Origin: Chthoniobacteraceae bacterium
GTDB lineage: Bacteria > Verrucomicrobiota > Verrucomicrobiia > Chthoniobacterales > Chthoniobacteraceae
Reading direction: 5' to 3'
DNA: 49,979 nt
Assembly (NCBI GenBank): GCA_040081625.1
Contig: JBEBGD010000034.1
Span: 1-49,979, forward strand
The notes under the pieces were generated by a model, which saw nothing but the letters and a program-made list of their open reading frames with translations, was not told where the DNA came from and did not search any database. The position numbers and the translations under genes are program-made. Shown in pieces: positions 1-9,854 of the stretch (positions within the stretch are counted from its first letter, which is position 1; every line of letters starts with the position of its first letter).

Positions 1-3000
1 TTCCTGCGCTACGACTACCCGGAGGCCGTCTATTCGGAGCTGCGCAAACTTTTTCGCCTCGCTCTCAATGAGCCGCAGGACCTCAGGGCCATGGCCGAGA
101 AGCTCGCCACCGAGCTCACCACCGAGCGCAAGATCATGCTCGGCGTGCAGCTCTACGACCTCATCGCCAAGGCCGGCATGGACCCGCAGCAAGTCGTCGC
201 CTTCTACTCGTTCATGACGCAGCTCGGCATGGCCGCGCAGGCCATCGACATCGTCTATCAACTCAACGCCACCGACGAGCGCGACACGAACGTATTCCAG
301 CACGGCCAGTCGCCACTCGAGTCGCTCACCTTCGGCGCCAATGGCAGCGCCGACGTGATCTTGCGCGGCCTCGAAGGCGACGAGCGCCTCGTCGCCTTCC
401 GCTACCAGGATCTCATCCTCCTCAAAAACCAGTCGCAGAAAGGCATCGTCGTCCGCGGCCGCCCGCTCGGCCCCGGTTCCTTCTGCCGCATCTACACCAG
501 CCAGCGCATCGTGCTCGGCGAGCAGGTGCTCACGTATCAAGACCTCGCGTATTACTTCAACGCCAAGAAGAACGTCTCGCTCACGCAAGTCTATCTCGCC
601 ATCGACACCAGCGACGAAGTGCAGATCGACAAGGCCCGCACACGCGAGAGCGCCATCGAGGTGAAGTTCGGCCTCAAGGTCGCCGTGCGCGCCCTGCGCG
701 ACGTCGATGCGCTGCTCAACGGCGTCGCCCTGCGCGCCGGCACCCGCGTCGAGGCCACGCTCGACGACAAGATCGTCTTCCACAACGCGAGCGAACTGCC
801 CCTCGCCGACCTGCGCCGCCGCGCGCGCGCCCTCGGTGGCCGCTTCCAGCTCAAGACCTACAAGTCCGGCTACTACGTCTCGAACAACCCATCGTTGCTC
901 GACCAGGACGACATCCTCCTCTCGCCCGGCACCAGTGGCGAAGTGCTGCTCAAGATCCTCTGCGACTACGAAAACAAAGTCGGCAAACTCGAAGTCATCC
1001 GCGCCGATCGCCAGATCCTCGTCGGCGACCAGCCGGTCAAGGGCAGCGCCGACTTGAAAGACGGCGACACCATCCGCATCGACGCCGGCCAGGTGCTGCG
1101 CTGCAACTTCTCCGACCGCATCGTCGAGGAGGAGCGCAACGTCATCTCCACGCTCGAGGTGCGCGATCTCACCCACCGCTTCCGCAAAGACCAGACCGCG
1201 CTCGACAGCATCAACTTCAACATCAACCGCGGCGAGATCGTCTGCGTGATGGGCGCGAGCGGCTCCGGCAAGTCCACGCTGCTGCGCGCCATGGGCGGCC
1301 AGATGGCTCCGCAGGAAGGCAGCGTCCTGCTCAACGGCCAGCCGCTCTACGCCAATCTCGACGCCCTCAAGAAATTCATCGCCTACATCCCGCAGGACGA
1401 CGCCTTCGACAACCACCTCACCGTCGAGGAAAACCTCGAGATGGCCGCCGCCATCCGCTCGCCGCACCTCAGCGGGCGAGACCGCACGCGCCGCATCGAA
1501 GGCCGCCTCATCGAGCTCGGCCTCATCGAGCGCCGCAGCACGATGGTCGGCAACCCGGTCAAGAAACGCCTCAGCGGCGGCGAGCGAAAACGCCTGAACA
1601 TCGGCCTCGACATGATCTCCGTCGCCGACGTGTTCCTCTTCGACGAGCCCACCAGCGGACTCAGCTCCAAGGACAGCGAACACGTCATCGAGATCATCCG
1701 CGCGATGGCGCACAACAAGATCGTGCTCGTGACCATCCACCAGCCGAACAGCAAGCTCTTCCAGATGTTCAGCAAGGCTCTGCTGCTCGACAAAGGCGGC
1801 AAGCTCGTCTTCTACGGCACGCCGACCGAGATGCTCCAATACTTCGCCGCCGCCGAGCACGAGCAGCACTTTGGCACCGAACTCGGCGGCTGCCCCGCGT
1901 GCGGCACCACGCGGCCGGAGTTCATCTTCGACGTGCTCGAGACTCCGCTGCGCGACCTCAGCGGCGACGTCATCTTCGAGGAAAACACGCAGGGCCAGCT
2001 CGTGCCCGCGCGGCGCTTCTCCGCCGACTACTGGCGCGACAAATACGAAAGCTTCCGCCTCCTCCAGGACGTCAAGCAGATCACCCTTCGCAAATCCTCG
2101 GGCAGCTCGGTCGGCACCACCACCTCGCCTTCCCAACTCGCCCTCCCGCCATCGCGCCGCCGCGAAAGCGTGCGCTGGCGCGAAGAGCTCACTCAGTTCC
2201 GCACGCTCTGGCGCCGCGCCTTCATCTCGAAGATGCGCAACCGCGGCAACCTCGTGCTCACGCTCGCCGTTCCCCCACTGCTCGGGCTCATCGTCAGTTG
2301 GGCGCTCTATTTCACCGACGACGCCAGCGGCGAATACAACTTTGCCAGCGCCTTCCACATCCCCACCTACATCTTCATCGCGCTGCTCGTCGCGCTCTTC
2401 CTCGCGCTGATGAACTCCGTCGATGACATCATCCGCGACCGCGTGATCCTGCACCGCGAGCGCAACCTCAATGTGCGGCTGCCCTACTACATCGCCGCGA
2501 AGTTCAGCACCCTCGCGCTTTTTAGCGCCGTCCAGTGTGCGCTCTTCGTCGTCGTGGGAAATCACGTCCTCGAAATCCGCGGCATGTTTCTGCCGTATTG
2601 GTGGTTCACCTTCATCACCGCGCTCAGCGGGCTCTCGCTCGGGCTCCTCATTTCCTCGATCGTCGGCGACAGCAAGACCGCTGCGAACTTCGTCCCGCTC
2701 GTGCTCATCCCGCAGCTCATCTTCGGCGGCGCGCTGATTAAATATGAGGAGATGAACACGGACCTCGACGTGATCTACACGTTCAAGCGCTTCTTCACCA
2801 CAAACCCGGAGATCCCGGACGCCGACACGCGCGACGACGCCGCGCTGCGCGTCCCGCTCATCAGCCGCTTCGTCGCCACGCACTACAGCTACGAAGCGCT
2901 CATCGTCGCGCAGGCCAAGCTCAACCCGCTCGCTTCGCGGCAGGACAAGTTGCAGGCGCAGATCGACGAGACCGTCCACCTGATCCAAAGCAGCAAACAA

Positions 3001-3750
3001 CACTCCGCATGGCTGCAGGAAATGAGCACCGCCGTGAGCACTCACCGCGGGCGACCTGCCGACCTTGTTCCTAAATTGCTCGGCGAAATCGATTCGATCC
3101 ACGAGCAACGCAAGCAACGCGCCCACACCGACGACGAAAAGCAGCGCCCTGACTCCGAGGATGAGCGCCAGCGGATCGAGGACGAAGATCTGCGACTCGA
3201 CGACGCCGCGGCTCTGCTCGCCATCTTGCGGAGTGAGAACCCCGCGAAGATCGACACCTGGCACCGCGACGCGGTCGATAACGTCCCAAAGCTCGGGCAA
3301 CTCATCAAGGAAGGGACCGCCCGGCTCGAAGATCTCAAGGAGACGCTCTCGAAGCTGAGCGGACTCGATAGCGGCAGCCCCGAGGAGATCGAACTGCGCC
3401 TCAAACGCGTGGACAAAGTGATCGCCGGTGGCCGGCTCGATCCCCGCGGCATTCGCAGCAAGACCATCGGCTTCAGCGCTGAGCGGCTCTACTCGAATCA
3501 AAAAGTCGGCGACCTCGTCGGCAACGCAGAGACTGAGCAAAAGGACTACCGTCGCAAAACGGGATTCAACGTCTTCTTCGGGCCTGTGAAGACTCACTAT
3601 TTCGGCTCGCGCAGGCTCGCGTGGATCGGCAAGCCGATGGTCTTCAGCGTCTACATGCGCAACACCCTCGTGCTGCTCGGCTCGACCTTCCTCTGCCTCG
3701 GCGCCCTCTACATCACCCTCAAGCGCCAGCTTCGCACGCGGAGCGTGTGA
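1..3750 (+). CDS. Large ABCG-type (NBD-TMD) exporter with N-terminal helical and degenerate FHA-like modules; 5'-truncated
   Basis: The frame is open from base 1 (FLRYDYPEAVYSELRK...). Walker A GASGSGKST, signature LSGGE, Walker B FLFDEP, H-loop TIHQP, a C-terminal ABC-2 membrane domain, and a CPAC motif after the NBD. Confidence 0.88.
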   Translation, partial: FLRYDYPEAVYSELRKLFRLALNEPQDLRAMAEKLATELTTERKIMLGVQLYDLIAKAGMDPQQVVAFYSFMTQLGMAAQAIDIVYQLNATDERDTNVFQHGQSPLESLTFGANGSADVILRGLEGDERLVAFRYQDLILLKNQSQKGIVVRGRPLGPGSFCRIYTSQRIVLGEQVLTYQDLAYYFNAKKNVSLTQVYLAIDTSDEVQIDKARTRESAIEVKFGLKVAVRALRDVDALLNGVALRAGTRVEATLDDKIVFHNASELPLADLRRRARALGGRFQLKTYKSGYYVSNNPSLLDQDDILLSPGTSGEVLLKILCDYENKVGKLEVIRADRQILVGDQPVKGSADLKDGDTIRIDAGQVLRCNFSDRIVEEERNVISTLEVRDLTHRFRKDQTALDSINFNINRGEIVCVMGASGSGKSTLLRAMGGQMAPQEGSVLLNGQPLYANLDALKKFIAYIPQDDAFDNHLTVEENLEMAAAIRSPHLSGRDRTRRIEGRLIELGLIERRSTMVGNPVKKRLSGGERKRLNIGLDMISVADVFLFDEPTSGLSSKDSEHVIEIIRAMAHNKIVLVTIHQPNSKLFQMFSKALLLDKGGKLVFYGTPTEMLQYFAAAEHEQHFGTELGGCPACGTTRPEFIFDVLETPLRDLSGDVIFEENTQGQLVPARRFSADYWRDKYESFRLLQDVKQITLRKSSGSSVGTTTSPSQLALPPSRRRESVRWREELTQFRTLWRRAFISKMRNRGNLVLTLAVPPLLGLIVSWALYFTDDASGEYNFASAFHIPTYIFIALLVALFLALMNSVDDIIRDRVILHRERNLNVRLPYYIAAKFSTLALFSAVQCALFVVVGNHVLEIRGMFLPYWWFTFITALSGLSLGLLISSIVGDSKTAANFVPLVLIPQLIFGGALIKYEEMNTDLDVIYTFKRFFTTNPEIPDADTRDDAALRVPLISRFVATHYSYEALIVAQAKLNPLASRQDKLQAQIDETVHLIQSSKQHSAWLQEMSTAVSTHRGRPADLVPKLLGEIDSIHEQRKQRAHTDDEKQRPDSEDERQRIEDEDLRLDDAAALLAILRSENPAKIDTWHRDAVDNVPKLGQLIKEGTARLEDLKETLSKLSGLDSGSPEEIELRLKRVDKVIAGGRLDPRGIRSKTIGFSAERLYSNQKVGDLVGNAETEQKDYRRKTGFNVFFGPVKTHYFGSRRLAWIGKPMVFSVYMRNTLVLLGSTFLCLGALYITLKRQLRTRSV

Positions 3751-3756
3751 GCAGCG

Positions 3757-5124
3757 TCATCTCGCGAGCGGCGAGCCGAGCTGGATGGCCTGCTCGACGG
3801 TGCAGAACCGGATGAAGCCGCGGCCACCAGGCCGGCCATTGCCGGAGTCGCCCCAGCCGCCGAAGGGCAGCGTCGAGGGCGAGAAGGTCGTCGGCAAATT
3901 CGCGTAGATGTTCGCGGCGCGAAGCTCGTCGGCAAGTTGCCAAAACGTCTGATCGGAGCGCGTGAAGACCGAAGCGGTGAGGCCAAAGGGCGACGCGTTG
4001 TTCATCGCAATCGCTTCGTCGAGTTCGGCGAACGTATCGAAGTCCGTGATCGGCACGAAACACTCGACATCCGCGCGCGTAGCGCCGCGCCGCACAGCGG
4101 GGAGCACGTAGTGGCCGCGCTTTTCCGCTGCTTCGCCGACGACGCGACCGCGCACGAGCCAGTCCGTGTGTTCATCGAGCAATGTCGCATAGCGCTTCAC
4201 CGCCGCGTCGCTGATGAGCGGGCCGAGCTTTGTCGCGTCATCGAGCGGATCACCGGGCGCCCACTTCGCAAGCTCCGCGGCAAGCCGCTCCGCAAAATCC
4301 TCCGCAACGCGCCGGTCCACAGTCACGCGACTGGTCGCGTTGCATCGCTGCCCGCACGTCAGGCACATCGCATCCGCAACGGCCCGCGCCGCGAGATCGA
4401 GATCGGCATCCGCGCAGATGATCGCGGCATTTCGGCCGCCCAGTTCGAGCGCGAGTTCCTTGGAAAAGTCCGCGGCGAGCGCTGTCGCAAGCGCACGTCC
4501 GACCGGCGCCGAGCCAGTAAAACACACGGCGCGCACACGCGGATCGAGCGCGAGCGCCTGAGCTTCATCCGCGCCTCCCTGCACGAGCGAGAAGACGCCC
4601 GGCGGAAAGCAGCCCTGCATCGCCGCAGAGTATCGGCCCGCGACGACCGCCGCGAGCGGCGACGGCTTGAAGATCACCGGATTCCCAGCCACGAGGTGCG
4701 CGAGCAGCGCGCCGTTGCCGAGATGCAGCGGGAAGTTGAACGGCGCAATCACCACCGCCGGCCCCCGCGCGCATTGCCGCACGATCGCGGGATGCGGCCC
4801 GTCGCCCACTTCACGCCGCGCGAGGTGCTGCTCCGCATCGCCGATCGTGAAGTCGAACTTCGCGAGCACCGCGCCGACTTCCCCGCGCGCCTCGGTGATC
4901 GGCTTGCCCGTCTCGATCGCGATCCCGCGCGCGAGTTCGTCCTTCATCGACGCCAGCGCCGACTGCGCGCAGCGCAAATGCGCGATGCGCTCAGCCAGCG
5001 GCACGCGCGCCCATCCGCGCGCAGCGTTCACCGCCGCAGCGATCACCGGCTCGACCGGCGTGGCCTCGACTTCATCGAACTCGATCGCGAGATCGCCCGG
5101 GCTGCGGTTGCGCCAGCGTTTCAC
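3757..5124 (-). CDS. Aldehyde dehydrogenase, succinylglutamate-semialdehyde dehydrogenase (AstD)-like
   Basis: Motifs PFNFP, IFKPS, FTGS, LELGG (catalytic Glu), GQRC (catalytic Cys) and PFGGWGDSGNGRP. Confidence 0.85.
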   Translation of the reverse strand: MKRWRNRSPGDLAIEFDEVEATPVEPVIAAAVNAARGWARVPLAERIAHLRCAQSALASMKDELARGIAIETGKPITEARGEVGAVLAKFDFTIGDAEQHLARREVGDGPHPAIVRQCARGPAVVIAPFNFPLHLGNGALLAHLVAGNPVIFKPSPLAAVVAGRYSAAMQGCFPPGVFSLVQGGADEAQALALDPRVRAVCFTGSAPVGRALATALAADFSKELALELGGRNAAIICADADLDLAARAVADAMCLTCGQRCNATSRVTVDRRVAEDFAERLAAELAKWAPGDPLDDATKLGPLISDAAVKRYATLLDEHTDWLVRGRVVGEAAEKRGHYVLPAVRRGATRADVECFVPITDFDTFAELDEAIAMNNASPFGLTASVFTRSDQTFWQLADELRAANIYANLPTTFSPSTLPFGGWGDSGNGRPGGRGFIRFCTVEQAIQLGSPLAR

Positions 5125-5131
5125 GCGAGCG

Positions 5132-6817
5132 CTACGTGTATTTGAGCACTTCCTCGATCGTCGTCTCGCCGTCGTAGATGCAGCGCAGGCCGTCCTCGCG
5201 CAGCGTCGTCATGCCGAGTTCGATCGCCTTCTGCTTGAGCACCACGCTCGGGGCACGCTGGTTGATCATGTCGCGCAGCGGGTCGGTGATATCGAGCAGC
5301 TCGTAGAGGCCTTTGCGGCCCTTGTAGCCGGTGTTGTTGCACACTTCGCAACCGCGCCCGTAGTAGAAGGCCTTGTCGCCGATCTCGTGCGGGCTGAGGC
5401 CGAGCTGCGCGAGCACGCTCTCGGTCGGCTCGTAAGCGGTGCGGCAGCTCGGGCAGATCTTGCGAATCAAGCGCTGGCCGAGCACGCCCTCGAGCGAAGC
5501 GCTGATGAGGAAGGGCTCGACGCCCATGTCGATGAGCCGCGTCACGGCGCCGGGCGAGTCGTTCGTGTGCAGCGTCGTGAGCACGAGATGGCCGGTCAGC
5601 GAGGCCTGGATGGCGATCTGCGCGGTCTCGATGTCGCGCGTTTCGCCGACCATGATGCGGTCGGGATCCTGGCGCAGGAAGGCGCGCAGGACTCGCCCAA
5701 AAGTCAGCCCGATGTTTTCGTTCACCGGCACCTGGATGATGCCCTCGAGCTCGTATTCGACCGGGTCTTCAGCGGTGAGCACCTTCGAGTCGATCGTGTT
5801 GATCTTGTTGAGCGCGGCGTAAAGCGTCGTCGTCTTGCCGCTGCCAGTCGGGCCGGTGACGATGAAGATGCCGTTGGGCATTTCGATCGTTTGCAGCATG
5901 TAGCTGTAGATGGCCGGCGGCATGCCGAGCGCCTCGAGGTTGAGGTTCACCACGGAGCGATCGAGCACGCGCAGCACGACGCTCTCGCCATACTGCGTCG
6001 GCAGCGTGCTCACGCGCAGATCGACGGGCCGGCCCGCGATGTTTTTCTGGATGCGTCCATCCTGCGGCAGACGCCGCTCGGCGATGTTCAAGTTGCTCAT
6101 CACCTTCACGCGCGAGATCACCGGCATCGCCAGGTGGCGCGGCGGCGGAGCCATCTCGTAGAGCGCGCCGTCCACGCGGTAGCGGATTTTGAATTCGTTC
6201 TCGAACGGTTCGAAGTGAATGTCCGACGCGCGGTCCTGGATCGCCTGGTAGAGGATCAGGTCCACATAGCGAATGATCGGCGTCGCGTTCGCCTCGGCTT
6301 CGAGGGCCTTGAGGTCGATCCCGCCGCCATCCGCGCCGAACTCGATGCCGCCGCCGAGTTCCTTGAGGATCTCATCCATGCTCGCGGCGTCGGTGCCGTA
6401 GAAGCGCTTGATGAGGTCTTCGATCTGCCACACCGGCGCGACGACGATCTGAATTTCCTTGTCGAGCGCGAAGCGCAATTCCTCAGCCGTCTGCGGATTG
6501 AGCGGATCGGCGAGTGCGACCTGCACATTGATGCCCTCGCGTCCGATGGGCAGCGCCTTGTGCAGGATCGCGAGGCCCGCGGGCACCAGTCGCAGGACAT
6601 CCGCCGGCGGTTCGTAGCCTTCGAGGTTCACGAACTCGACGCCGAGTGCGTCGGCGATCATTTGGTAAAACTGGTTCTCGTCGCAGACCTGGTAATCGAC
6701 CATTACCTGCGCGACGGATTTTCCGGTGTGATTGACCTCGGCGACCATGTCGTCGAGTTGCTGCTGGTCGATGATTCCTTGTTCGGCGAAGATTTCGAGG
6801 ACTTGCTTGGCGTTCAT
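5132..6817 (-). CDS. pilB: Type IV pilus/T2SS assembly ATPase (PilB/GspE family)
   Basis: ASDIHFEP, RLPQDGR, Walker A GPTGSGKTTT, LRQDPD, TGHLV and a tetracysteine motif CPSC...CEVC. Confidence 0.88.
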   Translation of the reverse strand: MNAKQVLEIFAEQGIIDQQQLDDMVAEVNHTGKSVAQVMVDYQVCDENQFYQMIADALGVEFVNLEGYEPPADVLRLVPAGLAILHKALPIGREGINVQVALADPLNPQTAEELRFALDKEIQIVVAPVWQIEDLIKRFYGTDAASMDEILKELGGGIEFGADGGGIDLKALEAEANATPIIRYVDLILYQAIQDRASDIHFEPFENEFKIRYRVDGALYEMAPPPRHLAMPVISRVKVMSNLNIAERRLPQDGRIQKNIAGRPVDLRVSTLPTQYGESVVLRVLDRSVVNLNLEALGMPPAIYSYMLQTIEMPNGIFIVTGPTGSGKTTTLYAALNKINTIDSKVLTAEDPVEYELEGIIQVPVNENIGLTFGRVLRAFLRQDPDRIMVGETRDIETAQIAIQASLTGHLVLTTLHTNDSPGAVTRLIDMGVEPFLISASLEGVLGQRLIRKICPSCRTAYEPTESVLAQLGLSPHEIGDKAFYYGRGCEVCNNTGYKGRKGLYELLDITDPLRDMINQRAPSVVLKQKAIELGMTTLREDGLRCIYDGETTIEEVLKYT

Positions 6818-6826
6818 GGCGGGAGG

Positions 6827-8005
6827 TCAGCGGCGGTTGGGAATTGAGGCGAGGAGTTGCTCGGCGGCCTGCGGGTCCTGGCATTTGGCCATGACCTGAT
6901 CGGGCGAAATAAGGCCGCGGGCGCAGAGGTTCACGAGCGATTGTTCGATCGAGACCATGCCGTATTTCGAGCCGGTGAGGATGTCGTTGCCGAGGCGGTA
7001 GGTTTCGTTTTTGCGGATCAAGGCGCCGATCGAAGGCGTATTGATCATGATCTCGAAGGCGGCGACGCGGCCTGTGCCGTCGGCGCGCGGGAGCAGGATT
7101 TGCGAGATGACGGCCTTGAGGTTCGTCGAGAGTTGCACGCGGATCATCTGCTGCTGGTCGGCGGGGAAGGCGTCGATGATGCGATCGACCGTGCGCGCCG
7201 CGCCGGTGGTGTGCAGCGTGGAGAAGACGAGGTGGCCGGTCTCCGCGGCGGTGATCGCCGTCTCCATCGTCTCGAGGTCGCGCATTTCGCCGACGAGGAT
7301 CACGTCCGGGTCCTGCCGTAGCGCGCGGCGAAGGCCGTCGGCGAAGGTCGGCACGTCGGTGCCGAGTTCGCGCTGGTTCACGAGCCCTTTCTTGTGGTCG
7401 TGGAAATACTCGATCGGGTCTTCGATCGTGACGATGTGCGAGTCGGTCGTCGTGTTGATGACATCGAGCATCGACGCGAGCGTCGTCGTCTTGCCCGAGC
7501 CGGTCGGACCTGTGACGAGGATGAGACCGCGCGGCTGGTGGAGCAGTTCGGTGACGATCGGCGGGAAGCCGATCTCATCGAGCGTGAGCAGGCGGCGCGG
7601 GATAAGGCGCAGCGCCATCGCGAGGCTGCCGCGCTGGCGAAAAAGCGAGACGCGGAAGCGGTTGTTCTCCCGGAAGGTGAGCCCGAAGTCCGCGCTGCCC
7701 TCGGTGTTCACGCGGTGCAGCACGCCTTCGCTCGCGATGGCGCGCGCGAGCGTCTCGGTGTCCTCCGCGGTGAGGGCGCGAAGCTGGAGCTTGAGCAGTG
7801 AACCTTTGATCCTTACCGCCGGCGGCGCACCGACGGTGATGTGGATGTCGCTCCCGCCTTCATCGACGCACAGCCGCAGCAAGTCCTCCATCGGCGTGAG
7901 CGCACCGGCGCTCGTGACCGGCACCGTCGAGATGCGCGGCGCCGCGGGCGCAGGCGGTGCGACCGGCGCTGGCGCGGGGGTTTTGCCGATGCCGAACAAA
8001 GCCAT
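6827..8005 (-). CDS. pilT: Type IV pilus retraction ATPase PilT
   Basis: SDIHI, GPTGSGKTTT, TIEDPIEY, ALRQDPDVILVGEMRD, AAETGHLV. Start placed at ATG 8005, just after the upstream stop; 8026 is an alternative. Confidence 0.9.
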   Translation of the reverse strand: MALFGIGKTPAPAPVAPPAPAAPRISTVPVTSAGALTPMEDLLRLCVDEGGSDIHITVGAPPAVRIKGSLLKLQLRALTAEDTETLARAIASEGVLHRVNTEGSADFGLTFRENNRFRVSLFRQRGSLAMALRLIPRRLLTLDEIGFPPIVTELLHQPRGLILVTGPTGSGKTTTLASMLDVINTTTDSHIVTIEDPIEYFHDHKKGLVNQRELGTDVPTFADGLRRALRQDPDVILVGEMRDLETMETAITAAETGHLVFSTLHTTGAARTVDRIIDAFPADQQQMIRVQLSTNLKAVISQILLPRADGTGRVAAFEIMINTPSIGALIRKNETYRLGNDILTGSKYGMVSIEQSLVNLCARGLISPDQVMAKCQDPQAAEQLLASIPNRR

Positions 8006-8012
8006 GGCGCGT

Positions 8013-9707
8013 CTAGGTGTCGTCACCCATCGAAACGGAGATGACCTCCGCCGCCGTCGTCATCCCCGAGAGCACTTTGCGGATGCCGTCTTCGCGCAAG
8101 GTGCGCATCCCCATCTCGCGGGCGCGCTTTCGCAGCTCCACGGTGTTGGACTTGTTGTTGATCATGTGGCGCACTTCGTCGTCGATCAGGAACATCTCGA
8201 AGATGCCCGCGCGGCCTTTGTAGCCGAGGTGCTTGCAGGTGTCGCAGCCGACGCCCTTGCTCACGTTCGACTCGGAGATTTGCGCCGCGTCGATGCCGAG
8301 CGAATCCATTTCCGCTTCGGTCATCTCGTAAGGATGCCTGCAGTTCGGGCAGACTTTCCGCACGAGCCGCTGCGCCACAATCGCGCGCACGGCGGAGCTC
8401 ACGAGGAAGGGCTGCACGCCGATGTCGATGAGGCGCGCGACGGCGCTCGGCGCGTCATTTGTGTGCAGCGTGGAGAAGACGAGATGGCCGGTGAGCGATG
8501 CATTGATCGCGATGTTCGCCGTCTCGGCGTCGCGAATCTCACCGATCATGATGATGTTCGGCGCCTGGCGCAGGATCGAGCGGAGCGCGGCGGGGAAGGT
8601 CATGCCGATGTCCGTGTTCACCTGCACCTGGTTGATGCCGCCCATTTGATACTCCACCGGATCCTCGACGGTGATGAGCTTCTTGTCGGGCTTGTTGATG
8701 TAGTTGAGGCAGGCGTAAAGCGTCGTCGTCTTGCCCGAGCCGGTCGGGCCGGTGACGAGCAGGATCCCATCGGGCAGCGTGATGAGTTTCTCGAAGGTCT
8801 CCTGGTCGTCGGACAGAAACCCGAGCTGCGGCAGGCCGAGCGTGAGCGACGACTTGTCGAGAATACGCATCACGATCGACTCGCCGTGGACCGTCGGAAT
8901 CGAGCTCACGCGCAAGTCGATCGACTTCTTGCCCATCTTCACCTGGATGCGTCCGTCCTGTGGCAGCCGCTTCTCGGCGATCGACATCGAGCCGGTCATG
9001 ATCTTCAGCCGCGAGATGATGGCCGACTGGAGCTTCTTCGGCGGGTTCTGCATCTCGTGCAGCACGCCGTCGATGCGGAAGCGGACGCGGAAACGTTTGT
9101 CGAGCGGCTCGAGGTGAATATCGCTCGCCCTCATGTTGTAGGCCTCGAGCAGCATCATCGTGACCATCTTGATGATCGGCGCATCGGCGGAGTCGCCCTC
9201 GGCGACACCGATGCCGCCCTCGCCCGCGAACTCCACGTGGCCCAGCGCGCTGTCGAGTTCATCGACCGCTTCATCGGCGCTCGCGTAGTATTTCCGGTAA
9301 GCCGTGTGGATTGCCTCGGGCGTCGCGCAGACGAATTCGAGGTCGCGCTTCATCACCGCCTGCAGCGCGTCGAACGTGTCGAAATCGAGCGGGTTCGACA
9401 CCGCGATCATGAGCCCCGTGTCGGTCTCGACGACGGGGATGACGTTGAAGCGCTTGGCGACTTCCTTGGGCACCTGGTTGATGATCTCCGGCGTCACCGC
9501 GAGGCCGTTGAGATCCACGAAATCCATCGAAGCGTGCCCCGCGAGCGCGCGGCTCACATCCTCCTCGGTGAGCACGCCCTGCCGCGCGAGCGTCTGCACG
9601 ATGGTCTCGTCCCGCCGGCGGTCCGACCGCGCGCGCTCGATCTGGCTGCGCGTGACAAGCGCGGTCTCGAGCAAGATCTCCAAAATATATTCTTCGTTCT
9701 GTGCCAA
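8013..9707 (-). CDS. pilB: Second type IV pilus/T2SS assembly ATPase (PilB/GspE family)
   Basis: ASDIHLEP, RLPQDGR, GPTGSGKTTT, LRQAPN and CPNC...CDTC; TTG start. Confidence 0.87.
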   Translation of the reverse strand: MAQNEEYILEILLETALVTRSQIERARSDRRRDETIVQTLARQGVLTEEDVSRALAGHASMDFVDLNGLAVTPEIINQVPKEVAKRFNVIPVVETDTGLMIAVSNPLDFDTFDALQAVMKRDLEFVCATPEAIHTAYRKYYASADEAVDELDSALGHVEFAGEGGIGVAEGDSADAPIIKMVTMMLLEAYNMRASDIHLEPLDKRFRVRFRIDGVLHEMQNPPKKLQSAIISRLKIMTGSMSIAEKRLPQDGRIQVKMGKKSIDLRVSSIPTVHGESIVMRILDKSSLTLGLPQLGFLSDDQETFEKLITLPDGILLVTGPTGSGKTTTLYACLNYINKPDKKLITVEDPVEYQMGGINQVQVNTDIGMTFPAALRSILRQAPNIIMIGEIRDAETANIAINASLTGHLVFSTLHTNDAPSAVARLIDIGVQPFLVSSAVRAIVAQRLVRKVCPNCRHPYEMTEAEMDSLGIDAAQISESNVSKGVGCDTCKHLGYKGRAGIFEMFLIDDEVRHMINNKSNTVELRKRAREMGMRTLREDGIRKVLSGMTTAAEVISVSMGDDT

Positions 9708-9854
9708 GGTGCGGTGGGCGCGTCAGCGCATGCGGAGGTTGATGGGGAGTGGACTGAAAGCGAGGTGGAGGCGCACGCGGGCAGCGAGGTTGGCAGACGT
9801 GTCAGCAGCCCGCAAGGGTCTCGCGCCTGATTTTTCAAGTGCTACGGTCCGCGC

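Noticed and set aside
4667..9830. Very long plus-strand ORFs (726 aa and 939 aa) opposite pilB/pilT
   Set aside because: Antisense shadows of well-supported genes, expected from high-GC codon bias; they carry no motifs.
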